Source: Mobula hypostoma
Taxonomy: Eukaryota
NCBI RefSeq assembly: GCF_963921235.1
Contig: NC_086097.1
Location: 163,124,001 to 163,188,000 of the forward strand
Length of the DNA: 64,000 bases
Reading direction: 5' to 3'
The notes below the pieces were generated by a model that was given only the letters and a program-made list of their open reading frames with translations, was not told the origin of the DNA and did not search any database. This document shows positions 35,345 to 49,098 of the stretch, one piece after another. Made by a program: the position numbers and the translations under genes. The stretch's first letter is position 1; every line of letters starts with the position of its first letter.

Positions 35345-37194
35345 GAGGGTAAAAGGCATTGAGCTCGCCTGGGAGTGAAGCATCACTGACATTCATAATG
35401 TTGGGGTTCACTTTGTAGGACTCGAACGCAAGGCCTTAAAATTACTATGATTAAAACTTAAGGATAATAAGTAGGAAAGCACATTTTCGAAGTATTGCCG
35501 TAAAACTCCACGGATACATAGAATAATGCATGGACTGCATATCAAACAGGTTAATGCAGAGTTCTTTTTGTGTGTTAACCACCACAGACTGCAGCATTTG
35601 AAACAATAATTGCAATAATCCTGATTTTACAAGACAACAGATCTGCTGAAGATTCTTTAATTTATTTAATAAAAAGTTGAATTAGAGACATTTCCCCGAC
35701 ATGTAATGGTGCAAACAGCATCTACCAGCATGTACATTATCATCTGATTTTCTTGGGCTAGCACCTTGATTGTAAAACTTGGTTGCACTTGCTCCACTTA
35801 GCGTTGACAAAGTAATTCCTTCATATAAGTTAATTAAAAGTAACACTGATACATTGCACTAAAAATAGGATTAGCTATTATATGTTGGGCATAATAGCTA
35901 CCTAGAAGAAATACTCACACACCCATTTTCTATTGAGCCTTTTGCATGTTTAGAAATGATACTGCTCACTGTTGATAATTGTTGACTGTTATACTTTGTT
36001 TTCTGCAGATGTTAAATTGGTTAATTCACAGACTGCAGTACACACTGAATAATGCAAAGAGTTGTGTCTGCATTAAATGGCTAATTAATCCAGAAAAATC
36101 TGACATTATAATTGCAATGAATTCACAGGATGTGTCACCACATGTTAAAAGACTTCAGAAGATCTATTGGCAGTTATTTAAATGCATAGAATATTAAAGC
36201 ATGTTGTAGGATAGTACTTCCCCTTTGAGTATGTTATTCGTTTTCAAAGTACTGATGACAAATAGCAACATTGCAAAAAAGTGCAACTCAACCCTTGTCT
36301 GCATTTCATATTCTTTGATAACAGTTCTTTAACATTTACAGGTGTGCAATCTACTATTTAATGATGCACCAACACGGGGGCTACAGGGAGGAGTGTTTGT
36401 ACTTTAGACATGGTGTTCCATCACAACTGCAATTAAGGCACGGAAAGAAGTCATTTAACCCACTAACCCCGTGCTGGTATCATTACTGCACCCCTTTCCC
36501 CCCTTCATCTTGTGAACATCTTTCATTCTTTAGACCTACCTGGAAACTATAGAAAGGACATTACATGCCTGTGATTGAAAAGTGTTATTGTCAATTTATG
36601 TGACAGTGGAAAAGTGATTATCCTGAGCTTCAGGGCTGCCATTTATATTTACTGTTGTGTCATCCATTTTCATGGAGGTACCAGTAGGTGCTGGAGTTTT
36701 TGGATTAAAGTTGGAACCTCTGGAAGCAGCAACCCCATGTACCTTGGTTTGACTCTCACCTCTGACTCTGAAAATTGTGGATTCATATCAGAGAATTGTG
36801 CACACTAAAGCGACAATCCAGAGGAACACTGAGACATGCTGCATCATTTATGATGGGATATTACTTATAGTCACCAACTGCCCTCTCTTGGTTCAATGTA
36901 AAAAGCTCATCTGCCTACATTTTCAAGATGAGCAGGGGAATTGTCTTCCTTGTTGCTTGGCTAATATTAAGCAAACAAGCTTTTGGCTCATTCAATCCCT
37001 GCTGACCTCAAATACCCATTTATACTAATCATACAATAATCCCATTTTATTTACCCCACATCTCCGTCAACTCCCCTGTATTTTTTCATGACTGGCAACT
37101 TACAATGAAAACCAAACACCTGCTGATGCAGAAAATGCTGGAAATACTGATCAGATGAGGCTCCATCTGTGGGAAGGGAAACAAAGCTAATGTC

Positions 37195-39010
37195 ACTGCA
37201 CTTCCTCCTCAACCATCTTCCCTTGCTCTGGAACTGTGGCCTTGCGTCAGGCGCGTCCACTTGCTGGTAGACCAAAGCTGGCCCTGTCCTGTTGGACTTG
37301 CCCCACATTGTCTCTGTGTCTAAGGGTTGCTGTTGCTTGCTGCACCACATCAGCTAGAGTCCATTTCCACCCAGTTGATAGGTTTGTGCAGCATTACTGA
37401 TGGTCTTGTCATGAGAGTCTTTGAGCGCCATCTGTAGACACACCTTAAATTCCTCTTAAGGTCACTGAAAAGTAGTTCAAGGACTCCTTTACCATAGAGG
37501 CTGATGTTACTGATACACCTTGGGACACCGAGCCACTTCTTCATGAACGATGTGATGGTTCGCTCGAGCTTCTTCATGGTTGTTAGTGGGACCTCAAAGA
37601 GAGTGAGTGGCCACATCACCCGGTGTAGGAGTCCAAATTGTAAGCACCAGAGCTTCAGTTTTCCAGGCAGCATGGTCTTTTCAATATTATCCAGGCCATT
37701 GGTGATGTGTTGCTTTAGTTGCTGCATCTGCTCTTTGTCTGTGACAGAAACGTTGTGACTTGCTGGGTTTGATTTTCACTCTGGCCCACTTGGTGTTTTC
37801 CTGTAGCTTTCCAAGCAACTGCTTGGTGCATGTTACAGTAGTGGTCAAGTGTTGTTATATCGTCCATGTACATCCTAATAGGGGGAAGACGAAGTCCAAC
37901 ACTTGTTCTTTCACCGCCTACTACCCATCTTGAAGTCCTGATAATGACCTCCATGGCCACTGTGAAGGCCAGGGGTGATACAGTGCAACCTACCATAATG
38001 CCCACTTCCAGCCTCTGCCACGTTGTGGTCAAGTCTGCTGTTGTGAAGCACAATTGCAGGTCTTGAAAGTACAACCTCACCAGCATTGTGATGGGCTCTG
38101 GTATCTGGAAGAAGTCAAATGCTTTGGCGAGGTCCAGGAAGATCACAGAGAAATTTCTTCTGTCCTTCCTGGCTACTTTGATCTGGTGCCATATCATGCT
38201 TGTATGTTCCAAATACTTGGAGTACTCTGGAATTCCTGCTTTCTGTACAGATGTATCAATGTACTTGATTTTCTCTAGGTAGTTGGCTACCCTCTGTGCT
38301 ATTACAGTGAAGAAGATTTTCTCCTCAGTGTTCAGAAGGCAGATTGGCCAAAACTGACTGATGTTTTCTGCATCCTTTTCATTTGGAATCAGGACAGCAC
38401 CAGCCCTTCGCCAAGCTTTGGGTATTATTTGCTTCTGCCACACTACTCTCATGAGCCTCCAGAGAAATCGGAAGACATCCAGTGCGTTCTTATAAAGTCT
38501 CTCTGGTACTCCATTGGTCCTGAGGGCAGATGCCCCTCTTGCCCATTAGACTGCCTTCTCCACTTGTCTCCAGTATGGATGGTCAAAATCCAGCTCATCG
38601 TTGGGGGGCTGAATTGGCGGGATGTTGGATGGAATGATCATATGTTCCTGTCTTTGAAAGTTGGTGTGAATCTTTTCAGCTGCTCTTCCAGTTCCTGCTT
38701 TGATGTTTTCAAAGTTACACTTTTTTCTGGTGTGAAGATACCCTGAATGAACTTAAAAGGGTATTTGTAGAACTGTGTTCTTGTTTGTTCTTTCTTTCTG
38801 CTCAGCTTCCTTTAGACTTACAGCTCTTTGCAACTTTGTCAGCCAGCTCTTGATGTCTGCTTGGAGTTGGTTGAGGTCTTTCCTCTCACTGCCTGGGGCT
38901 TCCTTCCACTGTTTCCTTAGCTGTCTCCTTTCTCGAACGATTCACTCAATCTCCTGCTGCCTCCTGGACTTTATTGATGGTGATGATGTCTTTCTATCGT
39001 TTCAGGGAAA
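37195..39010 (-). mobile_element. Hero-like (R2 superfamily) non-LTR retrotransposon RT fragment
   Basis: ORFs 37715-38452 (IPKAWRRAGAVLIP, PICLLNTEEKIFF, DTSVQKAGIP, FLDLAKAF, GIMVGCTVSPLAF, YMDD) and 37350-37727 (LPGKLKLWCLQFGLLHRVMWPL..KKWLGVPR). I recognise these motifs from Hero-clade elements. Confidence 0.75.
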
Positions 39011-40444
39011 TGTGAAAACTTCACACAGACAGTTGCAGAGATGAGGATAAAGTCTGGGCAACACATACAAAACATTGGAGGAACTCAGCAGGTCAAGCAG
39101 CATCTATGGAGGGAAATACAGCCAATGTTTCAGCTTGAGACTCTTTATCTGTTTCAGATTGAGATCCTGCTGTCTGGGTCATTAGAACCGTGAGGAGGCA
39201 GCTCTACTTTGTGCCTGGCTGTGACACTTCCCGTATTCTGCTAATTAACAAAGCTTGTGAGTATGGACGATACAGGTGAACATCATTGGTGAATTGCTGC
39301 AGCGCATTTGGGAGCTAGTACAGACCACAGCCATAGTCTGCCAGGAATGGAGGGGTTGAAGTTCTCATGAGCTGTCATTGTTATGCTCATGAGCATAATA
39401 ATGATGGAAGGGGAACCTTCAGACAATATAAAATGGAGATTATGTATCTGCACCTTGGTTCTAAAGTTGAGCGGAAGAGGAAGGGAAAAGAATGCACCTG
39501 AAGGTCAATACTGAAGTCCATGAGCAGGGAACGGGTAATATTCCTGACTATGCACACACAGATCTGGAAGTGTTATTGTGTGAGATTGACAGATGAAACT
39601 CTGGAGACATTTCTGAAGGTGCAGAAAGTCTCGGAAGGTCTTTGAGAGGGTCCAATAAGGAGTATCAGAGGACAACTCATAGACTGTCAACCTTCTATTA
39701 GCTTCAGTCTGAGAGGAATTATTAAAAAAAATCAGCTATTTAAAATGTTGTTAAGTTAATATATATTTGATTTAAAGTCAACATAACTAATTAGTCTTCT
39801 TAATCTATGATTTGGGTGTATTTGTAATGCAGAACCCCACAGACTTAATAGCTGAGCAACACTCTAGTGTCTGTCGTTTTACCACTTACAGCAGTTCTAA
39901 GTCACCTTGATTCAAATCATATTGGGAAAGCAGTTAAGAGGTATTGAATTAAATAGATTGCTTACAAACAAAGTTAATATATATGCCATGTATCACCATT
40001 ATGCTGCTCTTTATGGACATTGTTCCAAGTGTCATAAAAAGGACACTTTCATTTACGTGGTCCCTTCACAGCCTTAGGATGTTCCACTGTGCTTTACAGC
40101 CAATCTAGTGCTTTTAAGGATAGCCACAATTATAATTTTATTGTAGTAATCTTTATAAATCACAGGTGAAGAGTTAAGTGCTAGCAGGTTTAATAGCATA
40201 GGATAAAGTCTGCAATGAATTCTCTTTACATACTTACGAGTCAATGATTGGGGACTGTGGTACCAAGATATATCAATGTGTCACTGGTAAGGAGCTACTT
40301 TCATTAACATAAACAACAGGCAATAGTGCCCTTATTTAGGAACTGGATTGATCTCCACATGTATTACCTGTAACAATAATAAGACTTTTTTAGCAACTTT
40401 TGCTACAACCATTAAACCACTGAATCAGGTCATGATGAATTTGC

Positions 40445-40835
40445 ATAGAATCAGGTTTATTATCTCCATCCTATATGACATGAAATTTGCTGCTTTGCAG
40501 CAGCAGTGCAGTTTAAAGACATAAAATAATCATAAACTACAAAATAAATAAACAGCCCAAAAAAAGGAATAATGAGTTAGTGTTCAGGGTTCAATCAGCA
40601 TTCAGCAATCTGTTCCTAAATTGTTGAGTGTGTCTTCATGTTGCTGCACTTCCCGTTGAGACTTATGATAAGAAGAAGGCATGATCCAGATGGTGGGAGT
40701 CCTTAATGATGGAGGCCACCTTGCAAAAATGTCCTTGATGGTGGGGAGGGTTGTGCTCGTGATGGAGCTGACCTGACGTAACAACCCTCTGCAGTCTCTT
40801 GAAATCCTGTGCATTAGGGTCTCCAAACCAGGCAG
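40445..40835 (-). mobile_element. Rex1/Babar-like LINE 3' remnant
   Basis: ORF 40602-40826 homologous to 29389-29697; tail agaatcaggtttatta. Confidence 0.6.
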
Positions 40836-41292
40836 TGAACTTGACCCTCAACTGGTGACATGTGGAAGCCATCATTTTCTAATGTGCATCTTACACAGCC
40901 TGGTGTTAGTGAATTTCACTGGTCTAATATTATCCCGAGCTCTGAAAGATAGCTAGCGGCTTCCAGTGTAGCTTCATGGACTCCTACCATGGATAGGAAT
41001 GGCAAAATGTCTGAATTTCTTCTCCACATAAACATTTAATGTTGTTCATTATCTCCCATTTTGTGCATAAATGTTAAGATTTAATGTGTCATTCTTATGA
41101 GTTTGATGACAATGGAATTTCTCTGTTCATGAGTAAAGTCTGTAACTCCATCACTCCAATCACATTTTTCTTCTTATCAACATGGCTTTCCACCCATTGC
41201 CTCTTCCACTCTCCATCAGACTAAGTTCAGCAACTTTTGAAATGATTCCCGAAGAGGACAGTAAGACTTGAGGCTGGCATTTGAAAAGAACC

Positions 41293-41620
41293 AGAATCAG
41301 AATCAGGTTTATTATCACCGGTATGTGACGTGAAATTTGTTAACTTAGCAGCAGCAGTTCAATGCAATACATAATCTAGCAGAGAGAGAAAAAAAATAAA
41401 ACATAATAATAAATAAACAAGTAAATCAATTACATACATTGAATAGATTTTTTAAAAAGTGCAAAAACAGAAATACTGTATATTAAGAAAAGTGAGGTGG
41501 TGTCCACAGCTTCAATGTCCATTTAGGAATCGGATGGCAGAGGGGAAGAAGCTGTTCCTGAATCGCTGAGTGTGTGCCTTCAGGCTTCTGTACCTCCTAC
41601 CTGATGGTAACAGTGAAAAA
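41293..41620 (-). mobile_element. Rex1/Babar-like LINE 3' end
   Basis: Tail (agaatc)n aggtttattatcacc; gaagaagctgttcctgaatcgctgagtgtgtgccttcaggcttctgtacctcctacctgatgg. Confidence 0.7.
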
Positions 41621-42377
41621 AGGTACATAACTTCAGTAGAGGGACAAGTATGATATGAGTTTGTTGGACCAGATAAAGCACGAAAGATGATTGTGCCAAA
41701 TGATGGTCTTTCCTGGAAAAGGTATCAATGATAATAGGTGCTATGGCAAAAATGTGAGGAACTCTGAGCAAGTGAGAATATCAAACTTATTGTAACGTTC
41801 TGGAGAAATTTGGATTTCTGCCTTATTCCAGTTGCTAGTATTGTGTGGAAGTTCTTTCTATGGATTTGTTTTCATATTATTGCAGAGATTTTAATAGTAT
41901 TTAATGGACTTCAAATATAGTGACAGGTATTTAGAAAATAATTCTATTTCCCGAAATTAGGTATGGTGAAATATACGGGATTACAAGTATTTAACAAGAA
42001 CGCAAGCAGGTGAAAGGGGATAATTGAAGAATTAATCGAGATCGTCAATTAAATGGATGTTTTTTACATATAACACTCTGCCTAATAGGGTAGTTTTAAA
42101 ATTGAATTAGATAACACATTTTAAGCTGAGCAAGTTTCAAGGTTATGGGGAAAGGCCAATGGGATAGTTTTTCCAAACAGACAGCACTCATCTGTTGGGC
42201 TAAATTACCTCTTACTCTGCTATAATATCCTCAGAGGAGTTGAAGTGGGTGGCGAGGACTAAATGAAACTCCCCTACTTCTTTATGACAAAGAATTAAAG
42301 AGTCTTTCCTCTTTGTCACCATAAGCAAGAGAGCTCCAGAGCATATTTTTTACTGACAGTCTGAGTTGGACATTTTC

Positions 42378-43440
42378 ATTGAATTGAATTAAATTGACTT
42401 TATTTGTTACATCCTTCACATACATGAGGAGTAAACATCTTTATGTTACATCTCCGTCTAAATGTGCAATGTGCAATTTATAGTTATTTGGAGTAAATAG
42501 TATGTACAACAGGACAGTCAATATAGCATAGAAATACAATTGTATCAGTGTAAATTAATCAGTCTGATGATCTGGTGGAAGAAGCTGTCCCGGAGCCTGT
42601 TGGTCTTGGCTTTTATGCTGTGACACCATTTCCTGGATGGTAGCAGCTGGAACAGTTTGTGGTTGGGGTGACACGGGTCCCCAATGATCCTTTGGACCCT
42701 TTTTACACACCTTTCTCTGTAAATGTCCCGAATAGTGGGAAGTTCACATCTACAGATGTGCTGGGCTGTCCGCACCACTCTCTGCAGAGTCCTGCGATAG
42801 AATGAAGTACAGTTCCCATACCAGGCAGTGATGCAGCCAGTCAGGATGCTCTCAATTGTGCCCCTGTAGAAAGTTCTCAGGATTTAGGAACACATGCCAA
42901 ACTTCTTCAACCGTCTGAGGTGAAAGAGACACTGTTGCGCTTTTTTCATCACACAGCCAGTATGTACAGACTACTCGAGATCCTCGGTGATGTGTATGCC
43001 AAGGAACTTAAAGCTGTTCACCCTCTCAACCCCAGATCCATTAATGTCAATAGGGGTTAGCCTGTCTCCATTCCTCCTGTGGTCCACAACCAGCTCCTTT
43101 GTTTTAGCGACATTGAGGGAGAGGTTGTTTTCTGACACCACTGTGTCAGAGTGATGACTTCTTCTCTGTAGACTGCCTCATTATTGTTTGAGTTAAGGCC
43201 AATCAATATTGTATCATCAGCAAATTTAATTAGCAGATTGGGGGAGCCACTCTTACCACCTGCTGGCCATCTGACAGGAAGTCCAGGATCCAGCTGCACA
43301 AGGCAGGGTCAAGGCTGAGCTCTCTGAGCTTCCTGTCGAGCCTGGAGGGAATTATTGCATTGAATGCCGAACTCCTCTCCAGATGTGTAAGGACGGTGCG
43401 TAGAGCTGTGGCTGTTGCATCATCTGTCAATCGGTTGTCT
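42378..43440 (-). mobile_element. Rex1/Babar-like LINE fragment
   Basis: SSAFNAIIP, LCSWILDFL, IKFADDTILIG and HPNHKLFQLLPS..RLRDSFF in ORFs 43230-43430, 43057-43299 and 42545-42778; (attga)n tail. Confidence 0.8.
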
Positions 43441-43524
43441 CTTTAGGCAATCTGGGCTAGACATTTTCATTGAACCTTCTAAAGTGAAATCATTGAAGGA
43501 ATACAAAAGCTACAGAAGAATTCT

Positions 43525-43645
43525 GAAACAAGAGAAAGTCTGCAGATGCTGGAAATCCAAGTAACACACACAAAATGCTGAAGAAACTCAGCAGGCCAGG
43601 CAACATCTATGGAAAAAAGTGCAGTGGATGTTTCAAGCTGAATTC
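43525..43645 (-). mobile_element. Penelope-tail-derived short element
   Basis: aaacaagagaaagtctgcagatgctggaaatccaagtaacacacacaaaatgctgaagaaactcagcaggccagg. Confidence 0.8.
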
Positions 43646-44719
43646 TGACACCAAGCCCAACATTAATTAAAACCCCCAGGATAAAATCAACCCTTTTCAT
43701 TTCTGGAAAACCTAAAGCACTTGGTTTACTTATCTAAAAACTGAGAGACAAAAATAAAAATCTTTGACTCATGGTGTGGATCAGCAACGGCGTCTAATGG
43801 ATCTTCACATCTTGTTTAAATCAACAATGTACAAATGGACAACCCTTCACAAATCAGCCATTAGACAATGATGGAAACAGATGGATATATAAAAATTTAA
43901 TTCAACATGATTTAGAACTGCGATGCAATGAAGCTTTGAAAACTTATTAAGGAATTCTGAACAGAATTTGTTCAAGATATCACCATCTGCGATTAATTTA
44001 CTTTTAAATGGATGTGAAGTAGTTAACTGTGACAGTCAGTCAGATAAATCTATCATAAATTAGTGCTGTCTCAAGTTCTTTTTCATTTCATCCAAATAAA
44101 ATTGAATTGGACTATATCAAGAAGGGAGCTGCTGAATTTAATCCATGATCAGTGCTGGTTTCTCTTAACACAGCTATAAAGTTGCTAAGGACACAATTAA
44201 TGCTCTGGGAGCAAGGGAATCAGTTGAGCTTCTAATCAATACCACCAACGAACATCACTACTGACGGTGATCATCAGCAATATTCCCATCAGCTGAGTAA
44301 TTTGCTTGGCCTATCTCTGAATCTGAGTCAGATTTTTCTCATTGACCTTGTCAAGCCTTGTCATACATGAAATTTCCTGTTTTGCCGCAGCAGTATTGTG
44401 CAAGGACATAAAATTACTATAAATGACAAAAAATGAATAAATTGTGCAAAATGAAAGGAATAACAAGGTAGGGTTCATGGACCATTCAGAAATTTGATGG
44501 CAGAGGGGAAGAAGCTATTTCCGAATTATTGAGAGTGGGTTTCAAGGCATCTGCATCTACTCCTTGATCGTATTCAAGTTGAACAATTTGATATTCTCTT
44601 TTCCATTCTTACTTTGAGGCAGTTCCTCTCATTTTGTGAGTTTGGAGAGTACTGATGATGGCACTGTGAAACAGTTTCTTCCACAGATGGGGAAAACAGG
44701 TGAGCAGGAAAACTGCTCC

Positions 44720-44978
44720 ATTTATTTATAGAGTGGAGTAGACCCTTTCGGCCCTTCGAGCTGTGCCAACCAGCAATCCTCGATTTAGCCCTAGCCTAAT
44801 CACGGGACAAGTTACAATGACCAATTAACTCACCAACTACTATGTCTTTGGTTGTGGGAGGAAAGCCACTTGGTCATGGGGAGAATGTATAAACTTCTCA
44901 CAGACAGCAGTAGGAATTGAACCCGGGTCACTGGTACTGTAAAGTGTTGTGCTAACCACTGTGCTACTGTACCACCGC
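44720..44978 (-). mobile_element. tRNA-derived SINE (HE1-like)
   Basis: Minus strand: A-box TAGCACAGTGG (44956-44966), B-box GGTTCAATTCC (44913-44923); the 3' end ctcgaagggccgaaagggtctactcc resembles the CR1 3' end (9615-9642). Confidence 0.8.
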
Positions 44979-45839
44979 ATCCACTCAACGCTGATCTCGG
45001 ATACAGTCTATGTGACGTTAGCATGTTCTTCCTGTGAACATACGAGCCTGCCCTAGGTGCTCCTGTTGTCTTCTCCTACATCCAAAAGCTGTGTTGGTCA
45101 GTAGGTTAACTGGCTGTTGCTAACTGCCTGTAGTGTCAATGTGAATGGTAGAATCTGGGGAAGGTTGATAGAACGTAGGAAGAATGACATTAACGTAGGA
45201 TTAGCATAAATGGGTGGTTGATGGTCAGTGCAGGCTTGGTGGATGTGCTCAGTGCCTCATCCCTCTGTGATTTTCCTTTCCCTAACAGAAGGGAAACCCC
45301 CACTCCCCAGCTCTAGGTTCTGCACTCCTTTCTTAGAGATGATCTTGTTAATGTCATATTTGAGGGGTCTCAAAATTAAATTTAAACAAGGAATTGAAAA
45401 CAGACCTGCAACTTTCAATATATTGCAAAGGCACTGCTACAATATAGAAAACAGAGCAGACAATTCATTTGCAGCAAACTGCCACTCAAGAAAGGAAATT
45501 GGTTATGACCAGATGATCCATTTGGTAACCTTGAGTGAGGAAATAACATCAGCCAAAATACCATGGGATCTTTTCTTTTCACTTTGACAAGCAAGCCTGA
45601 AACAATTTCTTCCCCATTTCTGTTATTGTTCAAACTGATGCAATTCTGTTTCCATTTCTGAAGGATTCACATACCACAATGATATGCAGGAGTGTGCTAA
45701 TGCTTAAAAATATCCCCGCGTCACCTGCGGTGGAAAAAATTAAGAATGGAATATGATAGCTTAGTGTATGATGGTGGTGTAATAGCCAAATAGTCATCCT
45801 CAATTCAAATGCAAGTTTGATGATGTGTTTTTGCTCCGA

Positions 45840-46530
45840 CTGAGCGATCTGGCACTTTTGCTGTCTCCAGCGGAATTTAGCGAAGTTGAGAGCGAGTGCA
45901 AACACACGGTCAGCTCATAACTTTGCTGATTAAAGCATCGAGCAAGATTGATACCATCGAGGATGAGAGTGCAATGTGAGCAGGTGTCAGCGCCATCTGC
46001 TTGTATTTGACTGGTCTCTCTCCCTCTCTTCTCTCGCTCACCACTGCCAGAAGAAGGTGTAAGAGTTTTGGATCCCATGCTGCAGGTTTGATCAGTGCAG
46101 CTCATGGCCCTGGACTCGTTTTTGAAGGACTCTGTGGTTCATGCTACATGTGTTTCTGGATTCTGGTTACTCATTTCTTTTGCTATTTTGCGCAATTTGA
46201 TTGGGGCGCTTCGGCGCGGACTCGCTCTGTGGCCTGCCGACAATGAACAACACCGTGCTAGACTGAAATGAACTGAACTAAAGTGAACACCCCTAGACCA
46301 TTTCGTGGTCTCTGCGGTTTGATGTTTAATATTCTGTGTGCTATTCACACGCTTTTTACCACCTGTGCGATGTGTTCTTTTGTTCGATTGTTGGGTGTTT
46401 GATGTTTTCTTTGAATGGGTTCCATGGAGTTTCTTGGTTTAATGGCTGCCTGTGGTAAGATGAATCTCAGGTTTGTATACTCTATACGTACTTTGATGAA
46501 AAATGTATCTTGAATCTTTGAATCTTTAAA
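45840..46530 (+). mobile_element. Non-LTR retroelement/SINE-like copy (family unresolved)
   Basis: CpG-bearing body; 3' end gatgaatctcaggtttgtatac...tactttgatg...(tgaatctt)n, the same type as 14500-14570. Confidence 0.45.
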
Positions 46531-47889
46531 CTTGTTTGTAGCAACCAACAACCTGCTAGAGGAACCCATTGAGCTGAGTGGCCCCTGTGGGAGGAAAGAA
46601 ATTGTTAACATTTTAATACCTGCACAAGGACACTGAAACATTGAAAATTCCTTTCCTCTCACATATGCTACTTGACCCACTGAACTCCTCCAGCAGATGG
46701 TTCTTTGCTTCAGATTCCAGCATCTCCAGTCTCTACACTTTTTGTTGCTGTTTGTAGAAAGTTCTGCCTCAGGATAGTCATGGCTAGCAGACCATTGGGA
46801 CACATGTGGCACAGAAGATAACTGTTGATCTTCCATGAGAGGTCAATGTGGAGTACAGGCTGGGCAGATTGCAGTCTGGCCCCATGTCTTTATGGCACAG
46901 AAAACTTCTGTATTGTCTTTAGCCTTGCACAAAAACTGTTGATTCTGAACTGCACTATCTCTCTAACATGCAAATTATCCCTGGTTCCAGCTATTTAAGA
47001 CCAATCATAGAGTCCCAGAGATGTATATCATGGGAACAGGCCCTTTGGCCCAACTCATCCATGGCAATCAAGATGACTGTCTAAACTCATCTGCATTTGG
47101 CCCATATCTATCTGAATCTTTCCTATTCTTCTACCTGTCCAAGTGTCTTTTAAATGTTGTTATCAACCTTACCTGGTGTAATCCTTTCCATCAGCATCTA
47201 CTGAGGGTGATGAGGACCACTGATTTTGCTGATGGTGAACACATGAAAAGAAAATGGGATAGTGTAATTATCATGTGCTGATGCTTGTGTTGAACACAAA
47301 CATTGGGCTAAGTAGTTAACATTTATGTAGTTTATGCCTAAACTATAAAATCTCTGATTTCTGTTGAAGGTTGGAATTCAGTCAAATCAATAACAATCAC
47401 ACCAAAGCAGTCTGCTCTCAGTACAATATAATCACTAAAGATTAGTGACTGCAATTTTTGAGCTCTCTGCAGCAGGCAACCTTGTACTATGACAGCACCT
47501 CAGAAAATCACAGCCCAACTCAGAATCAAAGGTTATATCTTCAAGAACTGCCTATTATTTAATTTGGAAGCACTGCACATTCACATGGCTAATTCTACAT
47601 TTATTTAAATTCTGACAAGACAAATTCAATTATCCTTGAGTGTCATAAAACAGATTCAACATTGCAATATGCAGCATCATTAAACAGGAATCAGCTTATA
47701 TATATTCTGGTGGCAAGTATGATACTGATCTAAAGATAGTGAGAAAGAGACACAAAGTGACCATAGAAGGTGGGATGAATTTAATGTCAGTGAAAGAAAA
47801 TGTATAGGAGATGTTAATCATAGAAATTTAGAGTATAGAAGAAGGTCATTTAGTTCATTGTGTTAAAAGTGGAGCTAATTAGTGCTTAC

Positions 47890-49098
47890 TTCTACTTCCC
47901 AATTACTCCCTCATTACCTCTTCCCACCCCTTCACATGCAAAATTGGCATTCCCTGTTCCCAATTCCTCCGTCTCCGCTGCATCTGCTCCCAGGATGAGG
48001 TTTTCCATTCCAGGACATCTCAAATGTCCTCTTTCCTTAAGGATCGTGGTTTCCGTTCTGCTGTCATCAATGATGCCCTCACCCGCATCTCCTCCATTTC
48101 CTGCACTTTGGCCCTCACCCCATCCTCCCGCCACCACAACAGGGACAGAGTTCCCCTTGTCCTCACCTACCACCCCACCAGCCTCCGGATCCAGCACATT
48201 ATCCTCTGCAACTTCCGCCACCTTCAACAGGACCCCGCCACTAAGCACATCTTTCCCTCTCCACTTTCCGCAGGGATCGGCCCCTCCACGACTCCCTGAT
48301 CCACACGTCCCTCCCCACGGATCTCCCACCCGGCACTTCTCCCTGTAAGCGCAAGTGCTACACTTGTCCCTACACCTCCCCTCTTGCCACTATTCAGGGC
48401 CCCAAACAGTCCTTCCAAGTGAGGCAACACTTCACTTGTGAGTCTGTTGGGGTCATCTATTGCATCCGGTGCTCCCGGTGCGGCCTCCTGTACATCGGTG
48501 AAACCCGATGCAGATTGGGGGACCGCTTCGTCGAGCACCTCCGCTCCGTCCACCACAACAGACAGGATCTCCCAGTAGCTACCCACTTCAACTCTGCTTC
48601 CAACTCCCATTCAGATATGTCCATACATGGCCTCCTCTACAGCCATGATGAGGCTAAACTCAGGTTGGAGGAGCAACACCTCATATACCTTCTAGGTAGT
48701 CTCCAGCCCCTTGGTATGAACATAGAATCCTCCACCTTCCGGTAATTCCCTCCCCCTCCCTTCCTCTATCCCTATGTCACTCTGCCCCCTCCCCCAGCTG
48801 CCTATCACCTCCCTCATGGTTCTGCCTCCTTCTACTACCCATTGTGTTTTCCCCTATTCCTTCTTCACCTTTCCTGCCTACCTGCCTCCCTTCCCCCACC
48901 ACTTTATCTTTCCCCTTACTGGTTTTTCAGCTGGAACCTACCAGCCTTCTCCTTCCCACCCTCCTCCCACCTTCTTTATAGGGCCTCTGCCCCTTCCCCC
49001 TACAGTCCTGATGAAGGGTTCTGGCCCGAAACGTCGACTCATCGTTTCCACGGATGCTGCCCAACCTGCTGAGTTCCTCCAGTGTGTTGTGAGTGTTA
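47890..49098 (+). mobile_element. Penelope-like element 3' part (GIY-YIG endonuclease and tail), a second subfamily
   Basis: ORFs 48024-48299 and 48419-48745 (GVIYCIRCSRCGLLYIGET..RFVEH); polypyrimidine 3' UTR; hammerhead motif. Confidence 0.92.
49004..49039 (+). ncRNA. Minimal type I hammerhead ribozyme motif
   Basis: AGTC-CTGATGA-A-GGG TTCTGG CCC-GAAA-C-GTC-GACT. Confidence 0.75.

Noticed and set aside
44900..44978. Possible tRNA gene (A and B boxes)
   Set aside because: It continues into a SINE body and LINE-like tail; it is a SINE head, not a tRNA.
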